In this document: piece by piece, positions 17,363 to 26,378 of the stretch
How the letters are laid out: each line of letters starts with the position of its first letter
Position numbering within the stretch: the stretch's first letter is position 1
Notes under the pieces: model-generated
Database searches by the model: none
Told to the model about the DNA's origin: nothing
What the model saw: the letters and a program-made list of their open reading frames with translations, nothing else
Source: Candidatus Daviesbacteria bacterium
Lineage (GTDB): Bacteria; Patescibacteriota; Microgenomatia; Daviesbacterales; UBA10151
DNA: 46,199 bases
Direction of reading: 5' to 3'
NCBI GenBank assembly: GCA_016183265.1
Contig: JACPEX010000027.1
Span: 1-46,199, forward strand
Made by a program: the position numbers and the translations under genes

Positions 17363-17391
17363 ATAATAGATTAAGCTCATTAAGACGTCAA
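17363..17391 (-). promoter_or_regulatory. near-consensus sigma70 promoter TTGACG-17-TATTAT, 7 nt upstream of the pilin ATG 17355 (leaderless configuration)
   Basis: Minus-strand reading: TTGACG (17391-17386), 17-nt spacer, TATTAT (17368-17363), 7 nt, ATG (17355). Confidence 0.5.
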
Positions 17392-17407
17392 TATTAACCT
17401 TTCTCAA

Positions 17408-17860
17408 TTATTGCTGGTTTGACCTGCAGTAGAAACCTCCGGCTTCCAAATTGGCGCAAACCGTAAACGACGAAAACCACCCGTCCAAACCGCCACCAGG
17501 ACCTGGGCTATAATCACCGATATTGCTGTCACCGGACTGGCAGGGACCATTTGAAGCCCGGCTGCAGTATTTACATGATGTAGGATTAGTCCACATACAG
17601 GATGCATTAGGATCACCCGGATATGAAGGATCCCTGGGATAATCACCGGAGGAAAAGAAAATATTGTTTAAAGCTCTGTAGCCTGCTGCCGTATAATGGG
17701 CCTCTAGCGCATTAGCTATGGCGTCAATATCAACCCTTCTTCTGGCATCCCTGGCATTTTTCTGCACACCGCTATATAGCGTTATCCCAACCATGGACAA
17801 AACAGCAATAATGGAAATAACTATTAGTAATTCAACAAGCGTAAAACCCTTTTTGGACAT
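17408..17860 (-). CDS. type IV pilin, paralog 1 of 3
   Basis: 150 aa. MSKKG then FTLVELLIVISIIAVLSMVGITLYSGVQKNARDARRR. C-terminal C...FYCRSNQQ disulfide-loop motif is shared with 19505..19936 and 21416..21838. Confidence 0.85.
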   Translation of the reverse strand: MSKKGFTLVELLIVISIIAVLSMVGITLYSGVQKNARDARRRVDIDAIANALEAHYTAAGYRALNNIFFSSGDYPRDPSYPGDPNASCMWTNPTSCKYCSRASNGPCQSGDSNIGDYSPGPGGGLDGWFSSFTVCANLEAGGFYCRSNQQ

Positions 17861-17867
17861 TACCTCT

Positions 17868-17897
17868 ATTGTGCCATTTTACTAAGCAAATATTCAA
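17868..17897 (-). promoter_or_regulatory. candidate promoter TTGAAT-18-CACAAT, 7 nt upstream of the pilin paralog-1 ATG
   Basis: Minus-strand reading: TTGAAT (17897-17892), 18 nt, CACAAT (17873-17868), 7 nt, ATG 17860. Confidence 0.35.
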
Positions 17898-17918
17898 CCA
17901 TTTAATTATAGATTTGTT

Positions 17919-19499
17919 ATGATACTTATGATGAAAATCATACAATTTTTAATCTTATTAATAATCTTACTCAGCTATACACTCTTGATTGCCAGACCTG
18001 TTATACTAACTACCGGAGATTTGGGAAGACATTTAAAAAATGGGGAAATTATTGTTAAAGAATTTTTTGTACCAAATACCAACTTATTTACTTATACTAA
18101 CGGAAAATTCCCTTATATAAATCACAATTGGGGCTTTGGTGTAATATCCTATTTTCTGCAGAAGAGTATTGGATTAACAGGTTTACATATTATATTTATA
18201 ATATTACCTTTATTAACGTTCTTAGTCTTTTTTCATATCTCATGGAGCTATTCCAATTTCTATTTAGCATCATGGATATCAATATTAATTTTGCCGCTTT
18301 TGGCAAGCCGACCACATATACGACCTGAGATTTTCAGCAATCTTTTCAGCGGGATTTTTCTTTGGATACTAATAAATTACCGGTTCAAAAAAATACCGAT
18401 AGGTTATTTGATTATTCTACCAGCAATTCAATTATTTTGGGTAAATCTTCATATTTATTTTTATTTTGGCTTAATAATTGTTACAGTTTTTACGTTTGAA
18501 GCTTTTATTAGTCACATCAGCGGAAAGGATGAAATCAATTACTTCAGAAACTTGTGCTTTATACTGCTCATTTCTTTTTTTGTCTCTTTTGTTAATCCCT
18601 CTGGTGTGAACGGATTCCTTTACCCGTTAAAAATTTTTAACAATTATGGTTTTTCTATCGATGAGAATACATCAGCGCTTACTCGTAATAATTTAACCAA
18701 TTTAATCTCTGATACATATTTTATATTAGCTTTAATAATTTTTCTGATCAGTACGGGACTAATTTTTCTAAAAAAGACTATGCATCAAAAAAACATTATC
18801 TTTCCGCTTCTGGTAATTGGTTTTATGACCGCTATCATGTCCTTAAACTCTATTAGAAACTTTGCTATTTTTGGTTTTCTAATGATAGTGATCCTGTCAA
18901 TAAATATTAAAATTTTGTTATCTCTTGAAAAAACAAAAATAAAAAAATGGGTATTAATTTCTCAGATTATAATAACCGTAATTCTAATTTCTTTTTATCT
19001 ACTTAGCATAGCAAATAAAACAAAAATTAGCATTACACCTAAGCCTACCGACAAAGAAGGAGCAGAATTCTTTCTAAGAAATAATATTCAAGGTCCGATT
19101 TTCAATGATTTCGATATCGGTGGATATTTAATTTATTATCTTTATCCAAAACATAAATTATTTATTGACAACCGACCAGAAGCCTTTCCTGCAGCTTTTT
19201 TTAAAGAAACCTACATTCCTATGTTAGAAAATGATCAAAAATGGCAATCGGAACTTAAAAAAAATAACTTTAATACAATCTTCTTCTATCGGCTTAACCG
19301 CACAGAGCCAGCAATCACATTCCTTATTAATCGGATTAATGATCCCGAATGGGAAGTTGTTTTTGTTAATGAATATACAATTATATTTCTGAAGAAGAAT
19401 AATCTAAATAAGAAAATTATTGACAAATATCATGTACAAAAAGATGTTACATTGATTTATGGTTCTTCAATCAAAAACAATGAGGGAACTTTTAACTAA
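17919..19499 (+). CDS. polytopic membrane protein (>=10 TM) with a C-terminal soluble domain; GT-C-like architecture, family not recognised
   Basis: 526 aa, very AT-rich and Ile/Leu/Phe-rich. An early loop reads TTGDLGRHLKNGE. The last ~150 aa are hydrophilic. It is divergent from pilin paralog 1. Confidence 0.5.
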   Translation: MILMMKIIQFLILLIILLSYTLLIARPVILTTGDLGRHLKNGEIIVKEFFVPNTNLFTYTNGKFPYINHNWGFGVISYFLQKSIGLTGLHIIFIILPLLTFLVFFHISWSYSNFYLASWISILILPLLASRPHIRPEIFSNLFSGIFLWILINYRFKKIPIGYLIILPAIQLFWVNLHIYFYFGLIIVTVFTFEAFISHISGKDEINYFRNLCFILLISFFVSFVNPSGVNGFLYPLKIFNNYGFSIDENTSALTRNNLTNLISDTYFILALIIFLISTGLIFLKKTMHQKNIIFPLLVIGFMTAIMSLNSIRNFAIFGFLMIVILSINIKILLSLEKTKIKKWVLISQIIITVILISFYLLSIANKTKISITPKPTDKEGAEFFLRNNIQGPIFNDFDIGGYLIYYLYPKHKLFIDNRPEAFPAAFFKETYIPMLENDQKWQSELKKNNFNTIFFYRLNRTEPAITFLINRINDPEWEVVFVNEYTIIFLKKNNLNKKIIDKYHVQKDVTLIYGSSIKNNEGTFN

Positions 19500-19504
19500 A
19501 TAGA

Positions 19505-19936
19505 TTACTGCTGACTTTTCTGACAATAAAAACCTCCATTAGCAGCTGCTGTACCAGTATTATCGCTAGAATTACCACCATTACCTGACTCGAGTTTCGC
19601 ACAAACCGTATAAGTAGCCAATGGCAAAGCTGAAATTTTATAATCGTATCCACCGCTATTCGTAGGATCCGTAAGCATAACACCTCCACTAAACATTCCT
19701 CCAGTGACAGTTTGATATTCAGTTCTGTTATTTGAAGAAAAATCCGCTTCTAAAGCATTAGATATAGCATTAATATCAGCTTTCCTTCTTGCATCCCTTG
19801 CACTTTTTTGCACACCACTAAATATAGTTATGCCAATTACAGATAAAACGGCAATGATAGCAACAACTACCAAAAGCTCAACAAGGGTAAACCCACGTTT
19901 ATCCTGAGCGTAATCGAAGGAGGCAGTTTTTTTCAT
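19505..19936 (-). CDS. type IV pilin, paralog 2 of 3
   Basis: 143 aa. Leader MKKTASFDYAQDKRG then FTLVELLVVVAIIAVLSVIGITIFSGVQKSARDARRK. C-terminal C...FYCQKSQQ. Confidence 0.85.
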   Translation of the reverse strand: MKKTASFDYAQDKRGFTLVELLVVVAIIAVLSVIGITIFSGVQKSARDARRKADINAISNALEADFSSNNRTEYQTVTGGMFSGGVMLTDPTNSGGYDYKISALPLATYTVCAKLESGNGGNSSDNTGTAAANGGFYCQKSQQ

Positions 19937-19969
19937 ATTTTATGCTATTTCAGATGTTATACTTTAAAT

Positions 19970-21406
19970 ATGACTTATCTAAAAAAAATTGTCAAGAGTA
20001 CAAAGATTCAAATCCTTTTTCTGATATTAATAACAATTTTAATTTATGCCAATACTTTGCAAAACGGCTTTGCCTGGGATGACTATGATTTTCTTTACAT
20101 ATGGCCTTCGATTAAAGATAACGGAGGTTTGTCAGTCACCTTTAGCCTGCCATCACTTATGGCAGGTGACTTACCATCCAATCATCTAGGAGTCTACCGG
20201 CCTTTAAGAAGCGTTTTTTATGTCTTAAGCTTTAAAATATATGGGACCAATCCATTTGGTTATCACCTGCAGGCAATTTTTATTCATTTATCTGCTGTCT
20301 TGCTGATTTATTTCATAACCCGACTCATAATTAACAAGCCTTTAGTACCATTTATGACCGCACTTTTATTTGCAACGCACCCGATACACACCGAAAGCGT
20401 ATCCTTTATCACTGCCAGCTTTGACACTGTAGGGGTGGTATTTCTCCTGCTTTCGTTCTATTTGTACTTAAAAAAAACAAAAGCCCATTTGTTTGCTTCC
20501 TATATATATGCTGCTTTTGCCTTTTTCACCTATGAGATGACCCTGGTGCTGCCTTTATTAATCATTTTATATGACTTTTGTTTTAAAAAACGGCTTAGAA
20601 TAAAAGTTTATCTGCCGTACTTTATATTGCTTATGGCTTACGGCATAATAAGATTTCTGTTACTGAAGGTAGGTAATAGGGCTGATTATTTAGGTCCAAA
20701 CTTTTTAAACTCTGCTCTACTTTCCAGAATAGAGACACCGGAATTACTTTTGGGATACTTCTCCTGGCTGGTTTTGCCAATAAACTTAACCATCACCCAT
20801 AATGTGCCGGAAAAACTTTTATCTGGTTTACTTGCCATTAATAATTTTTCTAACCAGGGAATTTTTATTGCTAATTTACTGATGAAAATTTCTATTATAG
20901 TACCAATAATTACTATTGCTTCTGTTGTTTATCTTATTCTGAAAATCTTTTCCAAAAGAAAAGAAATTGCTTTCAGTCTTTGCTGGATTTTGATATCTCT
21001 AATTACTGTCTCCAATATCCTGCCTCAAGGCGCTCCGTGGACTGAAAGGTATTTATATTTACCATCATATGGTTTTGTTCTCTTAATAGCTTATTCGTAT
21101 AATATTTTTTCTAAAAAAATTTCTTTATATCTTCTAATAGTTCTTTTTTTTGCTAATATTATTTTCTACTCAACAGTTACCTTTTTAAGAAATAAGGACT
21201 GGCAAAATGATAAGACATTGTTTTCCAGTGTCTTAAAAATCAATCCCAATAACGATAGCGCATACAACGGCATAGGTTTATTTTACTTAAGAGCGCATCA
21301 ACCTAATTTAGCTGTAGCAGCCCTTAAAAAAGCACTTAAAATTAATCCAAATAATATTGATTCCAAAAATAGACTTGATATTTTAAGCAAACAGGGGATT
21401 AACTGA
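19970..21406 (+). CDS. TMTC-like GT-C membrane glycosyltransferase with C-terminal TPR repeats
   Basis: 478 aa. The N-terminal YANTLQNGFAWDDYDFLY matches the first-loop DD motif of TMTC/PMT-type protein O-mannosyltransferases as I recall it. Multiple TMs. C-terminal TPRs (AYNGIGLFYLRAHQPNLAVAALKKALKINPNN). Confidence 0.6.
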   Translation: MTYLKKIVKSTKIQILFLILITILIYANTLQNGFAWDDYDFLYIWPSIKDNGGLSVTFSLPSLMAGDLPSNHLGVYRPLRSVFYVLSFKIYGTNPFGYHLQAIFIHLSAVLLIYFITRLIINKPLVPFMTALLFATHPIHTESVSFITASFDTVGVVFLLLSFYLYLKKTKAHLFASYIYAAFAFFTYEMTLVLPLLIILYDFCFKKRLRIKVYLPYFILLMAYGIIRFLLLKVGNRADYLGPNFLNSALLSRIETPELLLGYFSWLVLPINLTITHNVPEKLLSGLLAINNFSNQGIFIANLLMKISIIVPIITIASVVYLILKIFSKRKEIAFSLCWILISLITVSNILPQGAPWTERYLYLPSYGFVLLIAYSYNIFSKKISLYLLIVLFFANIIFYSTVTFLRNKDWQNDKTLFSSVLKINPNNDSAYNGIGLFYLRAHQPNLAVAALKKALKINPNNIDSKNRLDILSKQGIN

Positions 21407-21415
21407 AGTTTTTGG

Positions 21416-21838
21416 TTATTGGGAATTTACCCTGCAATAATAATCTCCGCCTGAAATAGAAGAAAATGATGTGCTGCTGGCTGAATTGCCATTCTTGTTT
21501 TCCAGTAAAGCACAGAATACATAGCCTGTTGTAGTAGGTGTATTTGTATTATAGGCTGCTCCTCCCGGACCCGGATTGGCCGGTAAAGCACTCCCTGCAA
21601 ACCAGGATCCTGCTACAGATGTCGGATAACCGGTTCCGGTAATGTAATTTGCCTCCATAGCTGCAGCCATAGCATCCATATCAGCTTTTCTTTTGGCATC
21701 CCTGGCATTTTTTTGCACACTGGTAAAACCAACTACCCCGATCATAGAAAGAATAGCCAAAATAGAAATAGCAACCAGAAGTTCAACTAAGGTGAAGCCT
21801 TTTGGATTATTAACAGTTCTGGGCAGAAATTTTCTCAT
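21416..21838 (-). CDS. type IV pilin, paralog 3 of 3
   Basis: 140 aa. Leader MRKFLPRTVNNPKG then FTLVELLVAISILAILSMIGVVGFTSVQKNARDAKRK. C-terminal C...YYCRVNSQ. Confidence 0.85.
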   Translation of the reverse strand: MRKFLPRTVNNPKGFTLVELLVAISILAILSMIGVVGFTSVQKNARDAKRKADMDAMAAAMEANYITGTGYPTSVAGSWFAGSALPANPGPGGAAYNTNTPTTTGYVFCALLENKNGNSASSTSFSSISGGDYYCRVNSQ

Positions 21839-21858
21839 TTAATTTTTAGCTATAATTC

Positions 21859-21888
21859 ATTATCTGCATAATCAAAACAGTCTGTCAA
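21859..21888 (-). promoter_or_regulatory. candidate promoter TTGACA-18-GATAAT for pilin paralog 3
   Basis: Minus-strand reading: TTGACA (21888-21883), 18 nt, GATAAT (21864-21859), then a 20-nt leader to ATG 21838. Confidence 0.4.
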
Positions 21889-21909
21889 GTACTCAAATTT
21901 AGATTATTC

Positions 21910-21940
21910 TTACACCCCAAGGGTGTAATCGGAGGTTTAC
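21910..21940. repeat. REP1 hairpin copy 1 (ACACCC-caa-GGGTGT core)
   Basis: ttacaccccaagggtgtaatcggaggtttac. Confidence 0.8.
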
Positions 21941-21970
21941 TTTTTAATTAAAATATGGTCTACTGAATTT

Positions 21971-22687
21971 ATGCCTTCAAGAATACACCCACTAGTCAAT
22001 GGAGAGTATTACCATATCTTCAACAGGGGCGTCGACAAGATGGATATTTTTAAAAACTCATACAACTTTCAAAGATTTTTGAAAACTATGCTTTATTATC
22101 AAATACTTGGGCCAAAACCCAGATTTTCTCTGTTTACGCCTACTAATGATTTATTGGACAAAAGCAAAAAGATTATTGAAATTGTTTGTTACTGTCTAAT
22201 GCCAAACCATTTCCACTTCCTTGTTAAACAATTAATTGATGGCGGCATAACTGAATTTATCAGCAAATTAAGCAACAGTTATACTAAATATTTCAATATT
22301 AAGCATAAAAGAGTAGGACCCCTTCTGCAGGGTGAGTTCAAATCAGTGTTAATGGAAAGCAATGAGCAATTATTACATCTTAGCCGATACATCCACTTAA
22401 ATCCCTTAGTTTCGGATTTGGTAAAAGACTTAAGCGATTATCGCTGGTCATCTTATCCAGAATATATCCGGCTAAACACCCAAAAAATCTGTGCCAAAGA
22501 GATTATCTTAGATCAGTTCAAATCACCAAAGGATTACCAGAAATTTATTTTAAATCATGCAGATTATGGCAGGGAGCTGGAAATTATTAAACACCAACTA
22601 ATAGAAGAGTATGACCTCCGATTACACCCCAAGGGTGTAATCGGAGGTTTACAGATCAAACCCCCAACTTTAAATACCAATCCATAA
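21971..22687 (+). CDS. REP-associated tyrosine transposase (RAYT; HUH/Y1, IS200-like fold)
   Basis: 238 aa. YHIFNRGV, HUH motif MPNHFHFLV, catalytic-Tyr motif LSRYIHLNPL. The 3' end (LRLHPKGVIGGLQ) is read through REP1 copy 2 and overlaps the convergent pilD end. Confidence 0.8.
   Translation: MPSRIHPLVNGEYYHIFNRGVDKMDIFKNSYNFQRFLKTMLYYQILGPKPRFSLFTPTNDLLDKSKKIIEIVCYCLMPNHFHFLVKQLIDGGITEFISKLSNSYTKYFNIKHKRVGPLLQGEFKSVLMESNEQLLHLSRYIHLNPLVSDLVKDLSDYRWSSYPEYIRLNTQKICAKEIILDQFKSPKDYQKFILNHADYGRELEIIKHQLIEEYDLRLHPKGVIGGLQIKPPTLNTNP
22615..22652. repeat. REP1 hairpin copy 2 (full 15-bp perfect stem)
   Basis: CCTCCGATTACACCC caa GGGTGTAATCGGAGG followed by tttac. Confidence 0.85.
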
Positions 22688-23519
22688 TTTGGTTGCCCCA
22701 AAAGAGCATAATCAAAGACCCTAAAACCAAAAATGGGCCAAAGGGGATGGTTTGACCAAAATGTTTCTTGCCGGCAATTATCAAAATTATGGAAAATATG
22801 GCCCCGGTTAGAAAGGATAAAACAACCGCGAATAGAGCTTGCGGAAAACCTAGCATCAACCCGATAAATGCCCCCAATTTTACATCACCTCCGCCCATGC
22901 CTTTTCCCCGGGTAATAATTATTAAACTTAGGAAAAAACCCCCGATCAACAAACCCATTAGTATTCCTAAATAAAGAGGTTCAGCAGCTGCCAGCGCATG
23001 CCTTTGAAAATAATCACTATATGGCGGCAAAAGTTTCCTGCCAATAGGGGACTGGGATAAATAAAAATAAAGATAACCTATTTTATATACAGTAATCGCT
23101 ACCAGACTAATTAGGCTAATAATAATTGCCGGAATTACAATCCTATCCGGAATAAACATCTTTTTAAAATCTGTAATAAATAAAACAACAAGAATAACTA
23201 TAAAAAATATTTTTAATATAAGATCAGGAATAGAAATCAACGAAAATTGGGTTTGAGTAAAAAGATAAGCAATTAATATCCCTAAGATAATTTCAGTAAT
23301 TGGATATTCCAGAGGGATTTTCTTTTTGCAGTATCTGCATTTACCATTAAGAAAAATATATGAAAATATAGGAAAAAGGTCATACCATCTTAATCCTGCT
23401 TTGCAGGACGGACAATACGACCTTCCCCAAAAAGACTTCATACCTAAACTCCGGTCAGCCAGCGCCTTAACTAAACTTCCTAATACCACGCCTACAATAA
23501 ATCCTGCTGACCCCCACAT
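22656..23519 (-). CDS. pilD: prepilin peptidase / N-methyltransferase PilD (peptidase A24)
   Basis: CPSC...CRYC zinc motif, GGGDVKLGAFIG active-site Asp motif, 6-8 TM. The ORF track starts at TTG 23555, overlapping the upstream pilin. ATG 23519 (MWGSAGF) is my preferred start. Confidence 0.85.
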   Translation of the reverse strand: MWGSAGFIVGVVLGSLVKALADRSLGMKSFWGRSYCPSCKAGLRWYDLFPIFSYIFLNGKCRYCKKKIPLEYPITEIILGILIAYLFTQTQFSLISIPDLILKIFFIVILVVLFITDFKKMFIPDRIVIPAIIISLISLVAITVYKIGYLYFYLSQSPIGRKLLPPYSDYFQRHALAAAEPLYLGILMGLLIGGFFLSLIIITRGKGMGGGDVKLGAFIGLMLGFPQALFAVVLSFLTGAIFSIILIIAGKKHFGQTIPFGPFLVLGSLIMLFWGNQIMDWYLKLGV

Positions 23520-23523
23520 TATA

Positions 23524-24066
23524 TTAATAAGTACAACTCCCTCCTGATGTCGCAATCAAACTTAAGCTGGAACCAAGCTCGTAAAGAGCCGGGTCATTAC
23601 CACCATCTCCTCCTGCCTTACCAGATTGCTGTTGCGATTCCAAGGTAGTATTAATTTCCCAAGCATTACCATCAGAACAATAAGTATAGTGCTTTACTGC
23701 ATCATTGATTGGATCAACCGGCAAAGTCGGAACTGATGCAGTCTTTTGGGCAGACAAATTAACCTTTACCCAACCTGTCCCATCAGAACTACGGGTCCCA
23801 CTGTTGCTTGAACCATTACAGGGAGTCGCGCCCCCATTACAAAGAATTTCAGCTGCAGAACCTGTTGCCTCCTGCACAGCCAGACTAATTGCATTTTGCA
23901 AACTAGTGAGATCTGCAAGCCTTGCTACATCACGGCCTCTGCTGTTAATTTCCAACGGATTAACAAAATACCAACTAATAACTGCCAATATGGCAATAAT
24001 TGCAATAACTACCAAAAGCTCCACTAAAGTAAATCCTTTAGCTAGAGCCTGAGCAGATTTTTTCAA
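23524..24066 (-). CDS. type IV pilin-like protein
   Basis: 180 aa. Leader MKKSAQALAKG then FTLVELLVVIAIIAILAV. TTG start preceded by SD GAGGGGGTGA. Confidence 0.8.
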   Translation of the reverse strand: MKKSAQALAKGFTLVELLVVIAIIAILAVISWYFVNPLEINSRGRDVARLADLTSLQNAISLAVQEATGSAAEILCNGGATPCNGSSNSGTRSSDGTGWVKVNLSAQKTASVPTLPVDPINDAVKHYTYCSDGNAWEINTTLESQQQSGKAGGDGGNDPALYELGSSLSLIATSGGSCTY

Positions 24067-24123
24067 ACTATCTCACCCCCTCTATTCAATAATAGACATA
24101 AGTCATACTGCTTAGTCAAGAGA

Positions 24124-25323
24124 CTAAAACGATGTTGTTAACTTGTATATCGGTAAAATAATCGAGATCACCAAAAATGCCACTCCAACACCTAAAATTA
24201 TCAAAACAATCGGCTCAATAGCTACTGTCAAATTCTTAATTAAATGATCTGATTCTGATTCAAAATAACTTGCCAATTTAAAAAATATCTCGTCAACTTT
24301 GCCTGTTTCTTCGCCGACCCTGACCATCTGGCTGATGATTTTTGGAAAATTGTTAACCGTTAAAAGCGATGAGAGCGGTAAACCCTTTTCAACTCCTTTA
24401 TAAGCTTCTTTTAGGGCATTCTTAAAAACCGGATTATCTGTTAAATCAGTTACTATGCCGATTGAGTCTAAAATAGGAATACCGGCGGAAGCTAACAGAC
24501 CGAAAGTCCGATTGAAATTGGTTAAAGTGACACTCGTGATAATTTTTCCCACAATAGGAATTTTTAAAAGCAGCTTTCCAAAAAAAAGATTGCCCTGAGG
24601 TGTTTGATTCCATCGATTTACAGCTACAGAAATTCCCACCCCAAAAATTATACTCATCCACCAAAAACGGGTAAATAGGTTTGATGTCCCGATCAAAATT
24701 TTAGTAGGCAAGGGCAATTCTATAGTAGATTGGGAATACAAATTTGTCAGTTTGGGAATAACAAAAATCATCATAATAAAAATAACCACTACCATCATAG
24801 TTAAAACCACACCCGGGTAAATCATTGCTCCTTTAACCTTAGCTTTAAATTCCCTGTCTTTTTCCAAACCGTCTGCCATCTGAAGCAGCACAAGATCCAA
24901 TTTACCGGAAGCTTCACCGCTTTTAACTAAATTGACATAAAGACGCGGAAAAATATCCGGGTACTTACTCAAGGCTTGCGCTAAAGTTAAACCTCCCTTG
25001 ACATCCTGAGAAATATCTGCCAAAGCCCTTTTTAAAGTTTTATTTGTCTGTTGTTCTTCCAGAATATCTATTGCTTCTGATAAAACTAAACCACTGGAAA
25101 CCATGGTAGCTAGTTGTCTGGTAACAATAACTAGTTCCGTAAAGTTAATCCTGTTAAAAAAATGCTCTAAGAATTTATTGGCATGTCCTGACTTAGAATT
25201 TAAGGAAATCAGAATTAAACCTTTTTTACGGATGATGGCTACAGCCGAATGGGCATCGGGAGATTGAATATTACCGGTATAATCATTACCTTTGATGTCT
25301 TTAGCCTTGTATAGAAATTCCAT
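24124..25323 (-). CDS. pilC: type IV pilus platform protein PilC (GspF family)
   Basis: 399 aa, with two GspF-type repeats and 3 TM segments. Confidence 0.85.
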   Translation of the reverse strand: MEFLYKAKDIKGNDYTGNIQSPDAHSAVAIIRKKGLILISLNSKSGHANKFLEHFFNRINFTELVIVTRQLATMVSSGLVLSEAIDILEEQQTNKTLKRALADISQDVKGGLTLAQALSKYPDIFPRLYVNLVKSGEASGKLDLVLLQMADGLEKDREFKAKVKGAMIYPGVVLTMMVVVIFIMMIFVIPKLTNLYSQSTIELPLPTKILIGTSNLFTRFWWMSIIFGVGISVAVNRWNQTPQGNLFFGKLLLKIPIVGKIITSVTLTNFNRTFGLLASAGIPILDSIGIVTDLTDNPVFKNALKEAYKGVEKGLPLSSLLTVNNFPKIISQMVRVGEETGKVDEIFFKLASYFESESDHLIKNLTVAIEPIVLIILGVGVAFLVISIILPIYKLTTSF

Positions 25324-25324
25324 T

Positions 25325-26377
25325 TTACTTCAGCAGCTTTGCCAACAATTCCGGCCGTAAGACATATTTCAAAGCCATCTCCTCAGAAATTTTTCCGGCG
25401 TGCACTAAATTGGCAAGAGCTCTTTCCATAGGTTGCATACCAAGCTCAGCCGAAGTTTCAATTGTGTTGTCGATCAAATAGGATTTAGCTTCCCTGATAA
25501 TGTTTCTAACAGCAGGCGTAGCAAACAAAACTTCAGCTGCTAAAGTTCTACCTGGCTGGATTGTCGGAATTAGACGAAGCGACAAAATTGCTTCTAAGGT
25601 AGCTGACAACTGCAGTCTGATTTGAGGTTGTTGGACTTCGGGAAAAACATCAATAATCCGGTCTATAGATTGAGCCGCTGAATTTGTGTGAAGGGTGGCA
25701 AACACCAAATGCCCTGTTTCGGCAATTGTCATAGCTGATGAAATAGTCTCCAAATCCCGCATCTCGCCAACTAAAACCACATCCGGATCCTCCCGCAGCG
25801 AGGCGCGCAGAGCATTTCCCCAGGAGCTGGTATCAGAATACATCTCCCTTTGTTCAATTAACGATTTACCGGCAGGATAAACATATTCTATAGGATCTTC
25901 AATAGTGATTATATGTTCTGCCCGGCTTAAGTTTATTTTATTTATAAATGAAGCCAAAGCAGTTGACTTACCGTGACCGGTCGGGCCGGTCACGAGAACA
26001 AAACCTTGCTTTAACTCTGTCAGCTTACTAACAACAGGCGGAAACCCTAGTTCTTCAAGAGGCGGAATTCTATAAGGAATTAGCCTTAGAGCCAGCGCTG
26101 GTTGGCCTTTTTGTTTATAGGCATTCACCCTAAACCTGGCTTTTGATTCAAATTCAAAAGAGAAATCAACTTCAATCGACTGTTTATAGTTATTTATTTG
26201 CATCTCCGAAAGAAGAACTTTGATTATTTCTTCCATTTGTCCTGGGGAAACTATAGATTCGCCTGGCACAGGAATCAAATCACCATGGATCCTTAAAGTT
26301 GGCAGGAAACCAACAGAAAGGTGAAGGTCAGATGCATTTTGCCGAATTGTCAGATCTAGAAGCTGTTGAATATTCAT
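25325..26377 (-). CDS. pilT: twitching-motility retraction ATPase PilT
   Basis: 350 aa. Walker A GPTGHGKST, Walker B/Asp box, TLHTNSAAQSIDRIIDVF, and a PAVRNIIREAK (AIRNLIRE-like) motif. Confidence 0.85.
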   Translation of the reverse strand: MNIQQLLDLTIRQNASDLHLSVGFLPTLRIHGDLIPVPGESIVSPGQMEEIIKVLLSEMQINNYKQSIEVDFSFEFESKARFRVNAYKQKGQPALALRLIPYRIPPLEELGFPPVVSKLTELKQGFVLVTGPTGHGKSTALASFINKINLSRAEHIITIEDPIEYVYPAGKSLIEQREMYSDTSSWGNALRASLREDPDVVLVGEMRDLETISSAMTIAETGHLVFATLHTNSAAQSIDRIIDVFPEVQQPQIRLQLSATLEAILSLRLIPTIQPGRTLAAEVLFATPAVRNIIREAKSYLIDNTIETSAELGMQPMERALANLVHAGKISEEMALKYVLRPELLAKLLK

Positions 26378-26378
26378 G

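Larger units (their letters stand above)
21910..22652 (+). mobile_element. REP1-RAYT1-REP1 unit inserted between a pilin gene and pilD
   Basis: TTACACCCCAAGGGTGTAATCGGAGGTTTAC occurs at 21910-21940 and again at 22622-22652, in direct orientation by its asymmetric right flank. These copies bracket the Y1 transposase gene. Confidence 0.75.

Noticed and set aside
23705-24052. 115-aa plus-strand ORF (also 16401..16778, 11708..12019, 13206..13715)
   Set aside because: These lie antisense to pilin or pilus genes that carry clear class III signal peptides.
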